64,000 nucleotides of DNA from Mytilus trossulus (taxonomy: Eukaryota), in NCBI RefSeq assembly GCF_036588685.1, contig NC_086378.1:5394001-5458000 (forward strand), given 5' to 3'. A program made the position numbers and the translations under genes. This document shows, in pieces, positions 40,411-51,733 of the stretch. Position 1 is the stretch's first letter. Each line of letters starts with the position of its first letter. The notes below the pieces were generated by a model, which worked only from the letters and a program-made list of their open reading frames with translations, did no database searches and was not told the DNA's origin.

Positions 40411-43254
40411 TGTTAATCAACAATCCGACTAAGATAATCTGCTCTCTTATCCTCAGTACGTAGACTCACTACCATGTCAATATAAACATTGTGCAATATA
40501 TATGTGCTAAAATGTCTAAAATCAACTTTTGCAATACTGATGTCGTGCTCCTTTTACTAACAACAATTTTAAATGTGGTTACTAGTAATCTTATATTGTT
40601 GCAAGCTAAAAAGTTTATCAACGACAAAAATACATTTTTCAATACTGTGAACTCCTTCCATTTGGAACTTGTAGAAACCTCACATTCTATAAACCACATA
40701 TCGTGAACAATATTACATGGGTTTTCACTGTACGCTATAGTCTGCCAAGAACTTCAGATTTATAAGGTTTAATATTGGCTTCATGTGCATTTAAAACCTT
40801 AAATCTTTTTATAATAATTAAGACCAATACTGTCTACAGATAAATGTATATTACTGCTCCGGTATGAATGAACACTATTTATATCATTAGACAAATGTTT
40901 TGTCAATAAATATACAATATTGCCTATAACTTGAGAAATAGATATATTAAGCTGTCCTGGCTACCAAAGAAGCTATATCTCCCTAACAAATACTTTCCGT
41001 TTTAGCTAAACACAAATCAATGTATGAAATGATATTCATTATCTTGTGTATACAATTGTCAGGAATAGTAAAAACTCCTTTATCTTAGGCCCTGAAATTA
41101 TAAGGTTTTAATAGTAGTCCACAGACGTCTCAGTCTTTGGTATAAAACCGCTACTTGTTGTATTACATAATTCCTCATCGTCATGTGTACCGAATGCATC
41201 GTCTGAGTACATAATAATCTGCTTATTTTCTTCTCTCCATTTTAATGAGATATTCTAGTAAAACTATAACAAGCAAAAACACCGTTAAAGTCCCATACAA
41301 ATCATAGATATTTAGCATGAGGTGGAAACATATAGACTAATGTATAACATACTTAAACGTATATGAATTGGTATAAATGATTATGTAATGTTTTGCAATA
41401 CGCATATCTTCAAAGTTTACACTTGTCTTCCGCAAATACCTGTCATATTCTGTCTCAAATCTGATTTTTAACGTGTTGTTTAACTGAACAGAAACAGTTA
41501 ACGGATTCACAACAAAGTGAATACAAGTATTTGACATCTCTACAATTAAATCATAGCTAATAAATTAGTAATCGCTGATTTAACAAAAGAGGTATCGTAA
41601 AAATAATAAATTATTTGACAAACAATAATCGATATTGTATTTGAATAGAAAGGTAATATACAACCATCTCTTATAGTATCTATAATAAATATAGGCGTGT
41701 CAATATCCATTTAAAATTGAATGTTTCTGCTAGGTCTATCCTTAACAATAATATCAGGTTGACCTACTTGATATTCAATAAAATCATTGGTCAAATTATA
41801 ACCAATACAATTATCTATTATAGCTAAAATTTATAGATAATTTAAATACTCATCTTTCAAAATTTCACTGAGGCCAGGTTTGGTGGGTGATTTACTAGTG
41901 TTCACATACAGACTGCTGGACCTGTAGTGTGTTTAGGACACACAAGAGTAGTATATTCCCATTTCCTTTTCTCTTCACCTGGTACTCCATCAACTCATTA
42001 GCACACTGTAACTTATTCAAGTCCACCAAATTTCTCTCTACCACCAATAATTGCCGACTCAGTACCTCTACTTTGTTGATTTAAAGCAGTTAAAACAGTT
42101 CTCAATGAAATATCGGGTTCACCTTCATAATCCAAGACTAAATTCGAACGTACTAATCGACTAACACAGCTAGAAAAATTAACGTGACCTATCGAGTAGA
42201 CCCTGTCGTGCCGAATGATTTAACCGCCAAATCACACAAACCACTTAACCTAAACGCCACCTATATGGGCAGACAATTCAGAAGAAAATAATTTCATTCT
42301 AATTCATAAAATCAACCGACTGAAATTATATTCCTTTAACAATTTCATCAATACGAATAGTTTCATCGGAGGAAATATGCAAAGGTTCTCCAGATGGTAG
42401 GGTCTTTCTAATCCATTGTAACTGTTACCAAGTAAGATGAAATCAATTAAACTGAATTTTAAAGCCAATATCAAAATAATTCAAAAGTTTAAAATCAATT
42501 GATAAATCATCTCCTATCATAATAATATGGCCCTGACTAGGTATGCCATGCTTGACAAAAAGGTCAAACTATATTCAGTTTAGGAATCCACATTGTCAGA
42601 TAATGATACATTTAATGGCGATCAACCTTGTTATTAAGATATTCTCAAAATTAGCGTATAAACATAACAATTATTACAACGGATAATTCATTAACAGGTG
42701 ATACAGAAAATTTGTTTACAGAAAAGTGAAATTTTACCACCAGCAAACTGAAGACATCTTTATTGTCATGAAAAAGTGTTCTTCCCAACCACTTGTTGAT
42801 TTCTAGGTGTAAATCAAGATTTTAGACCGGTCTTGCTACAATGCAGACAGGTTGGAACTAGGATCGTGAGGGCCTTAGTCATTTTGCGCGATATGAAAAT
42901 CTACCTTATTTTGTGAAACAGCAAGAGACCAAGGGTGTAAATTACTAGGTTGGTGCCCTCCGTAAAAACATTCAGTATGCCTTCTGAATATACAAATGTC
43001 TAGAATTTCAATAACAACCGGGAAACAGACTAGTAAATTACTTGCTTTACGTTTTGTCAGACTTTAAACAACCTAGTCATGAATGGCAGTATTGCATGAT
43101 TTGACTGGTTTAGTCCATATTATAATACCATTCAATCGTAGAAAAAAGTAAAATCACAAAAAAGTCCGAGAAAAAATCAAAATTGGAAAGTCAAAGGATA
43201 CAACAAAGCAAACGAATGGACAAAAACTGTCATATTACAGGTACAAGCATTTTA

Positions 43255-43750
43255 GCTGTATTTGTCAAAACTTTAAGAAATATTTGGTCCTCAGTGCTCT
43301 TCAACTTTTTACTCTATCTGGTCTTTTAAACATTTATTTGATTCAAGCATCACTGATGAGTCTTTTTTTAGACGAAATGCGCGTCTGACGTAAATATAAA
43401 TTTTGATCCTGGTATCTTTGATGAGTGTATTTGCAACCACTTGGTCGATGCCACTGCTGTTGGAGATTTATTTCCCAAAGGGTATCAAAAGCCTAGCAGT
43501 CAGCACTTCTGTTTTGACTTCAGTAATCATTGGTACGTTCATAATTAAAATTAACTGTTAACAAAACTCAAAATTTTTGAAAAACTTAGGCTTTTCTGCT
43601 TCAGGAATAGATTACTTTAGCTGTTTTTGGCAAAACAATTTATGAATTTCTGGTCCTCAATGCTAATCAACTTTGTACTCTGTTTGGCCTTTTAAACATT
43701 TTTGTATTCGAGCTTCACTAATGAGTCTCTTTTTTTTTACGAATTGCGCA
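43255..43750 (+). mobile_element. Retrozyme-like tandem (about 366-nt period) with one near-intact hammerhead (43347-43391) and one decayed (about 43715)
   Basis: CUGAUGA-GUC...GAC-GAAAU-GCGC-GUC; the flanking block is repeated about 366 nt downstream. Confidence 0.7.
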
Positions 43751-45769
43751 ATGCGAAAAAACATCGATGTAGAGCGATCCTGGTCACAGTGTTGAGCTGA
43801 CCAGTCAAAAGTAAGCTTGAAAACATGTTCATTCGAATTTATCACAATCAAAATTATATGATGCTTAATTATGGCAGGACTTGTTTAAAGATAAATTATA
43901 TCAGTAGTGGACCTGTTTCCAAATTAACTATATCGGCAGACATAACAATAGTCCTAGGATCAAGTCCACTTTTCAAGTTCACAAGATTGCAGTCCTTAAT
44001 CCTGTCGTTGGTTTACTTAATGACTTGTTATCAAGTTAAATTGCTGTACAGGTAAGGACGGCACTCATCTGTACCTTTGCTGATGTATGTAAATTTATGA
44101 CAGAACTTTGAATTATGTGTAGAGGTACCTGTGCTGGAGACTGTAAATTTATAACGGAACAATTCAGGTATGCTGTTTGACCCAGTTTTTTCAACTCTGG
44201 TAAAATATCACCCACTATTTCTGGTCTTGCAGCAAACACTGGAACAAATTAAACAATGGTTTGTTCTTAATCAATACACAAATGACATGGTTATCCGTAA
44301 TCTTAAATAGATAAACAAAAACAAAGAATTTTTATAGAGCACGTGATAAAATAACAAAATTGCTCAAAGCGCGTCACTTTAAATCAAAAACACAAAAGGA
44401 AACATTAAATGTAAAAAAATCAAGCAAGCAGACTAAAAATATGCAATACAGTCTAAACTTAATCTTGTCTGTTAAAAATATAAAATGGTATTACAAAAGT
44501 AATTTTTTTAGAAACCCTTAAAAGTAGTTGCAAATATCAGTCCATAAGAACAGTTGTCTCCTGTCGAAACTTTAACTGTACTTAAATCTATACAGTTGTA
44601 TGAGAAAAATTGTTCTTAAAGATAGATACATTCTAGGAGACTTGAAATGCTGTTCTTTGTAATTATTTAATCATATAAGAGAAGTTTATCCATGACGGAA
44701 GGTTAAAAAGTAAGGGACTGATAAGATTGAAAATGGAATTGGAGAATGTGCAAAAGAGACAACCCCCTGACCAACGACCAGACAACATTAATATTTGATT
44801 GGTCCAAGTAATAAGACATACGGTTTGTACTTTAAGTGAGAGATCTCTTCTCAGGATTGTAACCTTTATACCTTTGATAACTATATATTCTCCTTCGTTA
44901 TTATTTTTTAAATGTTTGTAACGGCACGCTATTTCAGAATTCAGTTTACATTGTCATCATTTTTAATCATCTTTTCTGTCACATTAAATTCCTTTAACTT
45001 TGATTTCAAATTATTTCCTTTTCAGGTCATTTATTCTCAAATTGTAATTATTGGAACAAGTTAGTGAAATGACGCTGTTTCAGGAAGTTGAAAAATGAAA
45101 TGATGAATACTTACCTGAACAAAGTATAGATGACAGAACGACGGTAGAGAACAAATATTTCATTTCTTATCAACTTGTCGGTTACATTATTAAATTTAGT
45201 AAATTTTCTATCTTAACTTATTTCCTATTGCATTCCATAGGTAAACACTCTTTTGTTCAAAATGTCGCTGATGAGGTAACTTGATCTTTACACTACTAAT
45301 TATAAAACCAGGTAAACGAATGATCCGTTTATGAATACATCGGTTACAGTTATACTAATACAATAACTCTTTTAAATGTTGTAAGAATGGAATGTACCAA
45401 AGCAGTATTGATGTGTAAAGAAGAGGTAATGTAGTCTCTGAAAAACAAATGGACCATCAAGATAGAATATTTTAAGAGAAAATGAGGTGCTCGAATATAG
45501 AAATAACAGACCATGGCGTTAAAATTATAGAAAACGGAAAAAGGATCTGCCATCCATATCCTCCCTATAATTGAAGACACTAGAGATATATGTCTAACAA
45601 AATAATAAAGTTGTTAGCTATTTTTAAATATACGCAGATCGATGAGTCATTCCCTTTTTAGATTTTCTAAATAACATATTAAACTGACAACGTACGACTT
45701 GAACTCCTCCTTCGAAGTGAAATTTTTGAAATTCTTGATCCGCAAATGTGGTTGTGATAATTCACAAGA

Positions 45770-45774
<5 letters not shown>

Positions 45775-45808
<34 letters not shown>
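45775..45808. repeat. (TA)n microsatellite
   Basis: Perfect TA run. Confidence 0.95.
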
Positions 45809-45814
<6 letters not shown>

Positions 45815-46088
45815 ATTTAATGTACAAATTATCTAGTTCCATACACAAATAGTGCATGAACATATCTTTATGGTTGATGCATATATATTCCATTTCATGA
45901 ACACATGAACAGATAGATTGTGCATTATTTTTTTTATTTGTATTTTGTTTGAAAGAATTCACTGTAAGGATTTTCTTACCCCAGGAGTAGATTACCTTAG
46001 CCGTATTTGGCACAACATTTTGGAATTTTAGGTCCTCAATGCTCTTCAACTTCGTATTTATTTGGCTTTTTTAACTATTTTGATATGA

Positions 46089-46132
46089 GCGTCACTGATG
46101 AGTCTTATGTAGACGAAACGCGCGTCTGGCGT
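46089..46132 (+). ncRNA. Minimal type I hammerhead ribozyme
   Basis: Stem I GCGUCA/UGGCGU, CUGAUGA, stem II GUC/GAC, GAAA, C-GCGC-G, GUC cleavage after 46126. Confidence 0.9.
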
Positions 46133-46444
46133 ATAAAATTATAATCCTGGTACTTTTGATAACTATTTACACCACTGGGTCGATGCCACTGCTGGTGGAC
46201 GTTTCGTCCCCGAGGGTATCACCAGCCCAGGAGTCAGCACTTCGGTGTTGACATGAATATCAATTATATGGTCATTTTTATAAATTTTCTGTTTAAAAAA
46301 CTTTGAATTTTTCGAAAAACTAAGGATTTTCTTACCCCAGGAGTAGATTACCTTAGCCGTATTTGGCACAACTTTTTGGAATTTTAGGTCCTCAATGCTC
46401 TTCAACTTCGTATTTATTTGGCTTTTTTAACTATTTTGATATGC

Positions 46445-46488
46445 GCGTCACTGATGAGTCTTATGTAGACGAAACGCGCGTCTGGCGT
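46445..46488 (+). ncRNA. Minimal type I hammerhead ribozyme
   Basis: Identical core; cleavage after 46482. Confidence 0.9.
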
Positions 46489-47289
46489 ATAAAATTATAA
46501 TCCTGGTACTTTTGATAACTATTTAACGTATGGTTATTTTATTGATTGACCCTTAAGAATGGCCGAAATCGTTTTTGATGTTGTCTAATTTTATATCATT
46601 GTTTTTTTAAATTATTGAACTGATTATGGCAAGAATTGATGCTTAAAATTATTAGTAACCAGAAAAACTTATTTTCATTCTAGTTCACAACAAAACTCTT
46701 TTTCATGTGTATTACGACCAAATAATAGATAAAGATTTACGCATGCCAAGTGTTTCATTAAATGAAACAAAGATCAATTCTACCTATATTTTCGAAAAGT
46801 GTTTTACAAAGTTTATTTTGGGAAACAATGGTTGTACTACTCCTATAATTGGAAGCTGCCCATGCACCTTTGACCTGTATTCAATTTTATCTTTTAAACT
46901 GAGATGCTATTTAAGTGAAATATACAGTACGTCAAAATTTAATCGCCAATTGAATACAGCTAGAAAGCAGTCAGAAATATCACATTTGTTATTCATTTAA
47001 TGTGTTTGAGCTTTTGATTTTGTCATTTGATTAGGGACTTTCCGTTTTGAATTTTCTTCGGATATCAGCATTTTTGTGAACTTGTTTTTTTTTGTCTGAA
47101 TCAAAACTTTAATGTTTGAAAATTGTAATAAACACTTACAGAGTTATATAATAAAATTTGTAATTACTATGATATGTCCCAATCAGAGATAATTGGAATT
47201 TAGCACTTAAAGATATTATATTTGAGAAAAGAAGTCGTGGATGAAATTATACATGTGCACATTCTGGCAAACTTATATCATCTAACAAA

Positions 47290-49095
47290 AGGGATCTCTC
47301 TAAAATTATAAATTGCCCAAAAAGGCATTCATGCCATCAAATTTAGCAATAACCTTCATCACAAATCAATTCTATCACAAATACCTCCTGATTCTAAAAA
47401 TTAGTCTACACCTGTTATTTCTTATACCTATACCAAACCTACCGCAACTTACCTTATCAATTACAGATACTTGTTACTACGAGTCTAAACCTCCTAATTG
47501 CACTTGTACTAGTTCACCATTCATATATAATTCGGTTGGCCACTTTATTACTATTATGTCAATAACACTCTCTGCAAAATGTGGTATCCAAAGGCTAGAA
47601 ATAGCGTGATCCGTTATCCATTACACTTGAAACATAACTTAAACATATCAATGAGTTCATTCGAGGAATATGCAAAAAAATAAATAAAAAAAAATAAAAA
47701 AGACGTTGATACTCTTAAGGCTGTGAGGTTGTTGTTACAATTATAAATTAAAACCTTTACTGAATCTATGAATGTCTATGCTACATCAATCTTTCCAGAC
47801 CCTAATACTGCAAAAGCATGTCGAACTTTCCATTTCTAAGTGGCAACATTCCAGCAGCACCTGCATACGGGGTATATATCTCCCGATACGATATTTCCTT
47901 GCTAGCATTTCCTATCATGATTTTCTTGATAGCGGGTTGCTGCTCACAAGGAAGCTATTATAGACTATTTACCGGATTTGATATCACATTAGCCACACGA
48001 CGGGTGCCACATGTGGAGCAGGATTTGCTTACCCTCCCGGAGCACCCGAGATCATCCCTAGTTTTTGGTGGGGTTCGTGTTGTTTATTCTTTGTTTTTCT
48101 ATGTTCCGTCATGTGTACTATTGTTTGTCTGTTTGTCTTTTCATTTTTAGCCATGGCATTGTCAGTTTGTTTTAGATTTATGAGTTTGACTGTGCCTTTT
48201 GGTATCTTTCGTCCCTCTTTTTTCTACACCCATAACAAATATTGTGTTGTCCCCTCTGATAAAGACCCAAATAACAACGTTTCTTTGTTTAAATCACATT
48301 ACAAAGACTGCTTGAAAAATTAATAAGATATTGACATTTCCTTGGAACTCAACATACATTCCAGGTGTTCTATATTTCTTAAGATTTTCAATCCAAAATG
48401 AAGACATAGATCTTGCCTGATCACTGTATTGAATACCTAAACTGCATAAGTTTTTAAACCCGCTAACATGTTAACCCTGCCACCTTAAGTATGTATGTGA
48501 GTCAGGAGCCTGTACTTCAGTGGTTTTCGATCGTTTATGTGTAACATAAAATTTAGAATGGAAATGGGGAATGTGTCAAAGAGACAACAACCCGACCATA
48601 GAAAAAAAACAACAGCAGAAGGTGTCCAACAAAGTAGCGAGAATTCCCGCACCCGGAGGCGTCCTTCAGCTGGCCCCTAAGCAAATATATACTAGTTCAG
48701 TGATGATAAACGCCATACTAATTTTCAAATTGTACACAAGAAACTATAATTAAAATGATACAAGACTTACAAAGGCCAGAGGTTCCTGCTTGGGACAGGC
48801 GCAAAAATGCGGCGGGGTTAAACATATTTGTTATTCCTTAAGTTTGCTGAATACCGTACGGTGACCTATAGGTGCTAATTTCTCTGTCGTTTTGGTCCCT
48901 TGTAGAGAGTTGTCTCTCTGGCAGTCATACCACATTTTGTTTTTTTATATTTATTGCTAGTTTGTCAGAGTGCTCTACAAAACCTCTTTCTAAATTATTG
49001 CCATCAATTTTCTTAGCTATCAAAACATGGCTTCAATATTATTGTGAAACTATCTATTCCAGAGATGGCATGATTCAGACTCGGGTACTTAAAAA
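47290..49095 (+). mobile_element. Fragmented Penelope-like (Naiad) element with a nested younger 3' fragment (47818-48222)
   Basis: CxC linker KPPNCTCTSSPFIYNSVGH; VVPSDKDPNN; CSTKPLSKLL...YCETIYSR; nested NFPFLSGNIPAAPAYGVYIS plus 3' tail. Confidence 0.75.
48545..48830 (-). repeat. SINE-like dispersed repeat (gaatggaaatggggaatgtgtcaaagagacaac family)
   Basis: Reverse-complement copy at 56055-56450; partial copies at about 53005, 44730, 36565 and 22865. Confidence 0.7.
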
Positions 49096-51733
49096 AATCA
49101 TCCATTGGTATTTAAAGATGTCAAGTTAAAGTATCTCATTTGAAGACAAAACAACAGAACAATTTGAGTTACACAAATTTTATTTAATAATCTTAACTTA
49201 GTACATATAAATTGAAATAATAATATCACTCACATTTTTCTATAAGTCTCATCGAGAATTGACTTTTATAACTTTGTCTCAGAAAATGAGTCCTTTTAAA
49301 TAAAATACATTTTAAAAAGAATATATATATCGCTGAAGGATTATAAATCCCGTATGTTTTAAACTATGATTGTTTTCTTTCATGAAGTTTTTTTAGAAGT
49401 TGCAAATTGTTTAGTCTTTTCTCTTTTATTGATAGTACTTGTAATGTTAATTAGAGGTAGAATTATCAACATTCACTTTTACTCATATTACAAGGGCATT
49501 AAAGTGCAAAGTTCAAAAAGGAGGATTCTTTTAGACATTTCAAGAATATGTTAAACATCTTATACGAAAATGTGTTTGATTCTGTTTCAAATTGATTAAA
49601 ATTTGTGTTTCATGTAGATTTCTGAAGACAATAAGGCGATATTTGTTAAATGAAAAGACAACTAATAATAACTTATTTTTTATATACCTTTTATCCATGA
49701 AAATAACATCTGCTTTAAAAGACAGATGAGCAAAATTTATAATCAAAAACAGCTTACCGGGTTATTGTCTTAGAAATCAATCATCAATAATAAATCAAAA
49801 TAAAAAAAAGATTATATGTCTGTACATTAAATAATTGTAAACCGCGCTTATACATTACAACTCTATTTCAGATAATTGACCTCATTACAAAAACACAAAA
49901 ACAAATGTAACCAGTAAGAATAAACCTTACACTTTTTTCCTAATTAGAGAAGCTGCTTCAAATCAACACAAAGACATCAATTCGTAATGCAATTTACAAT
50001 GCATAATTATTTTGTTTATTTTCAAGCTTATCAAATATTCTTAGCGTGTAAAAAAAACCCATGGCAAATGTAAAATTATTTTCGAGGTTCTGATATTCAT
50101 TTTGCAATAAAACTGATGGTAAACAACTCGTTAATAAATTAGTTATGGATGATGACTTGTTCTTGATATCGGTCGTCTTCTCCTCCATTGTCATACAATT
50201 GATAAATTACTAATTATTCCACGTCTCCCGTCGACAAAGGATCAAAAGATGTAGTCCAAACCCTTAACACACATTTTCTCAAATCCTATACTAAAGATAT
50301 TCATTGTAGAAAAATGAACAATACATAAACAACCAGTCTTAAAGAAAATGATGTAGTTAACATCAATGGGTATATCAGTGAAAAAGTTTAATATAAAATG
50401 TAAACTGATGAAAGATTTGAAAATCCTCTCTTTCAAGTATCAATAAACATGATAAATGCGTCTTATGTTCTGGATAAACATGATACAAATATTTTTCGTA
50501 TTCAGATAATGTTCATTACCTTTTATTTCGCTAGAAATTGTTCAAATAATTCATATCGATTATTAAAAGCACCCCTCGTAAATCTGAAAGTGACACTTAT
50601 TTATCAAGTTTAAGTATAGTAATCAAGCAACACAAGATCAAGCGTCGATGGAAATTCAAACAAACAAAAACAATTAAATTATGATATATATAGTACACTG
50701 ACATTTGATATTTTATACATTATTGACCTCCTAGAGGCAATGATAATGCAAATGATAGATTGATTAAACACAAGTATCCAGTAACATACTATTGGATAAG
50801 CAAAGTTACGAATATGGGATATTTAGGTAAGGAATGACTGTACCTTATACTTTTTGTTTATAAAGAAATAGCATCAGAAATGTGGTGTACAGTACATAAC
50901 CCATTATTTGAAAGTGTGCATCACATTTTGGATGTTATTTCTAATAGACAGATAGATATAACAGTTATTTCTAACAATCTTATTTAAATTCCATTTTGAA
51001 CCGGATTTAACCATGAAAAAAAGTTAAACGTCAATGATGTCACAGTCACACAACAAGACTATGTATTAGAGCTGATAAACATTACAACGTCGGCCAACCA
51101 GAAGACGCGTTTCATCCAAAATTAGACAACAATTTGATTGAGTTATATTTTACTGGTTAAGGGATTATCAAATATTGTTTGATAATATTTGATAAAATGA
51201 GGAGAAAAATTATTTGAATGTAAGACAGATAGAACAAATACACCTCAAAATTGTTACAAAATATTTCAGAAATTTATGTCCAAAGAATCACTACAAATGC
51301 ATTATGATAAATATGTACATGTTTAGCATAGTCTACAATGTACATGTACAAAAATATAACATAAAAAGTATAAAAATAGAAATTATAACAAAATAATAAA
51401 TAAAGTGTTATAAAAAAAATATCAGAGAATTAACAACAGTTTTTCCATTTTTTTTTCACAACAATAATATAACAGTCATTCTTTATACATTTTACCTGTT
51501 GTAAATGTGCAAAATGTCTTTTCGTTTAGAAAAAATATTGCTCAAATACTTTCTTTCGTTTCGCACATTACCATGCAGATCATGATTCTGGTGCATATTT
51601 ACCAACTATATGATGCAATCATTACAAGAGCAAGTGTTGATAAAAAATATCATTATGAAACAAAAAAAAGTACATCATTATATATATATTCTTATTTCTA
51701 AGTGTTGTAAGTAAAGTGTATGATCAACTTAAT

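Larger units (their letters stand above)
37308..42331 (-). mobile_element. Ngaro/PAT-type (DIRS order) tyrosine-recombinase retrotransposon, decayed
   Basis: Split direct repeats A1 42331-42175, B1 38506-38404, A2 38403-38246, B2 37410-37308; no TSD; YR remnants (HSFRSEGA, HGRWCSET...VKDSLD) at about 38590-39460. Confidence 0.88.
36054..45163 (-). pseudogene. Lachesin-like single-Ig gene (copy B), V exon interrupted by a retroelement
   Basis: Exons 45163-45115 (MKYLFSTVVLSSILCS), 44238-44129, 42421-42332 plus 37307-37139 (90+169 = 259 nt, same as paralogs), and a terminal-exon homolog 36221-36054 (KAPSTYQVS...MFGLIISF) whose nearest acceptor is out of phase. Confidence 0.8.
45965..46525 (+). 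mobile_element. Non-LTR retrozyme tandem, 356-nt unit x about 1.6, two intact hammerheads
   Basis: Near-identical direct repeats starting at 45965 and 46321. Confidence 0.9.

Noticed and set aside
45762-46405. Duplicated ORFs MKSIEDLKFQ…
   Set aside because: Antisense readings of the retrozyme repeat with non-ATG starts.
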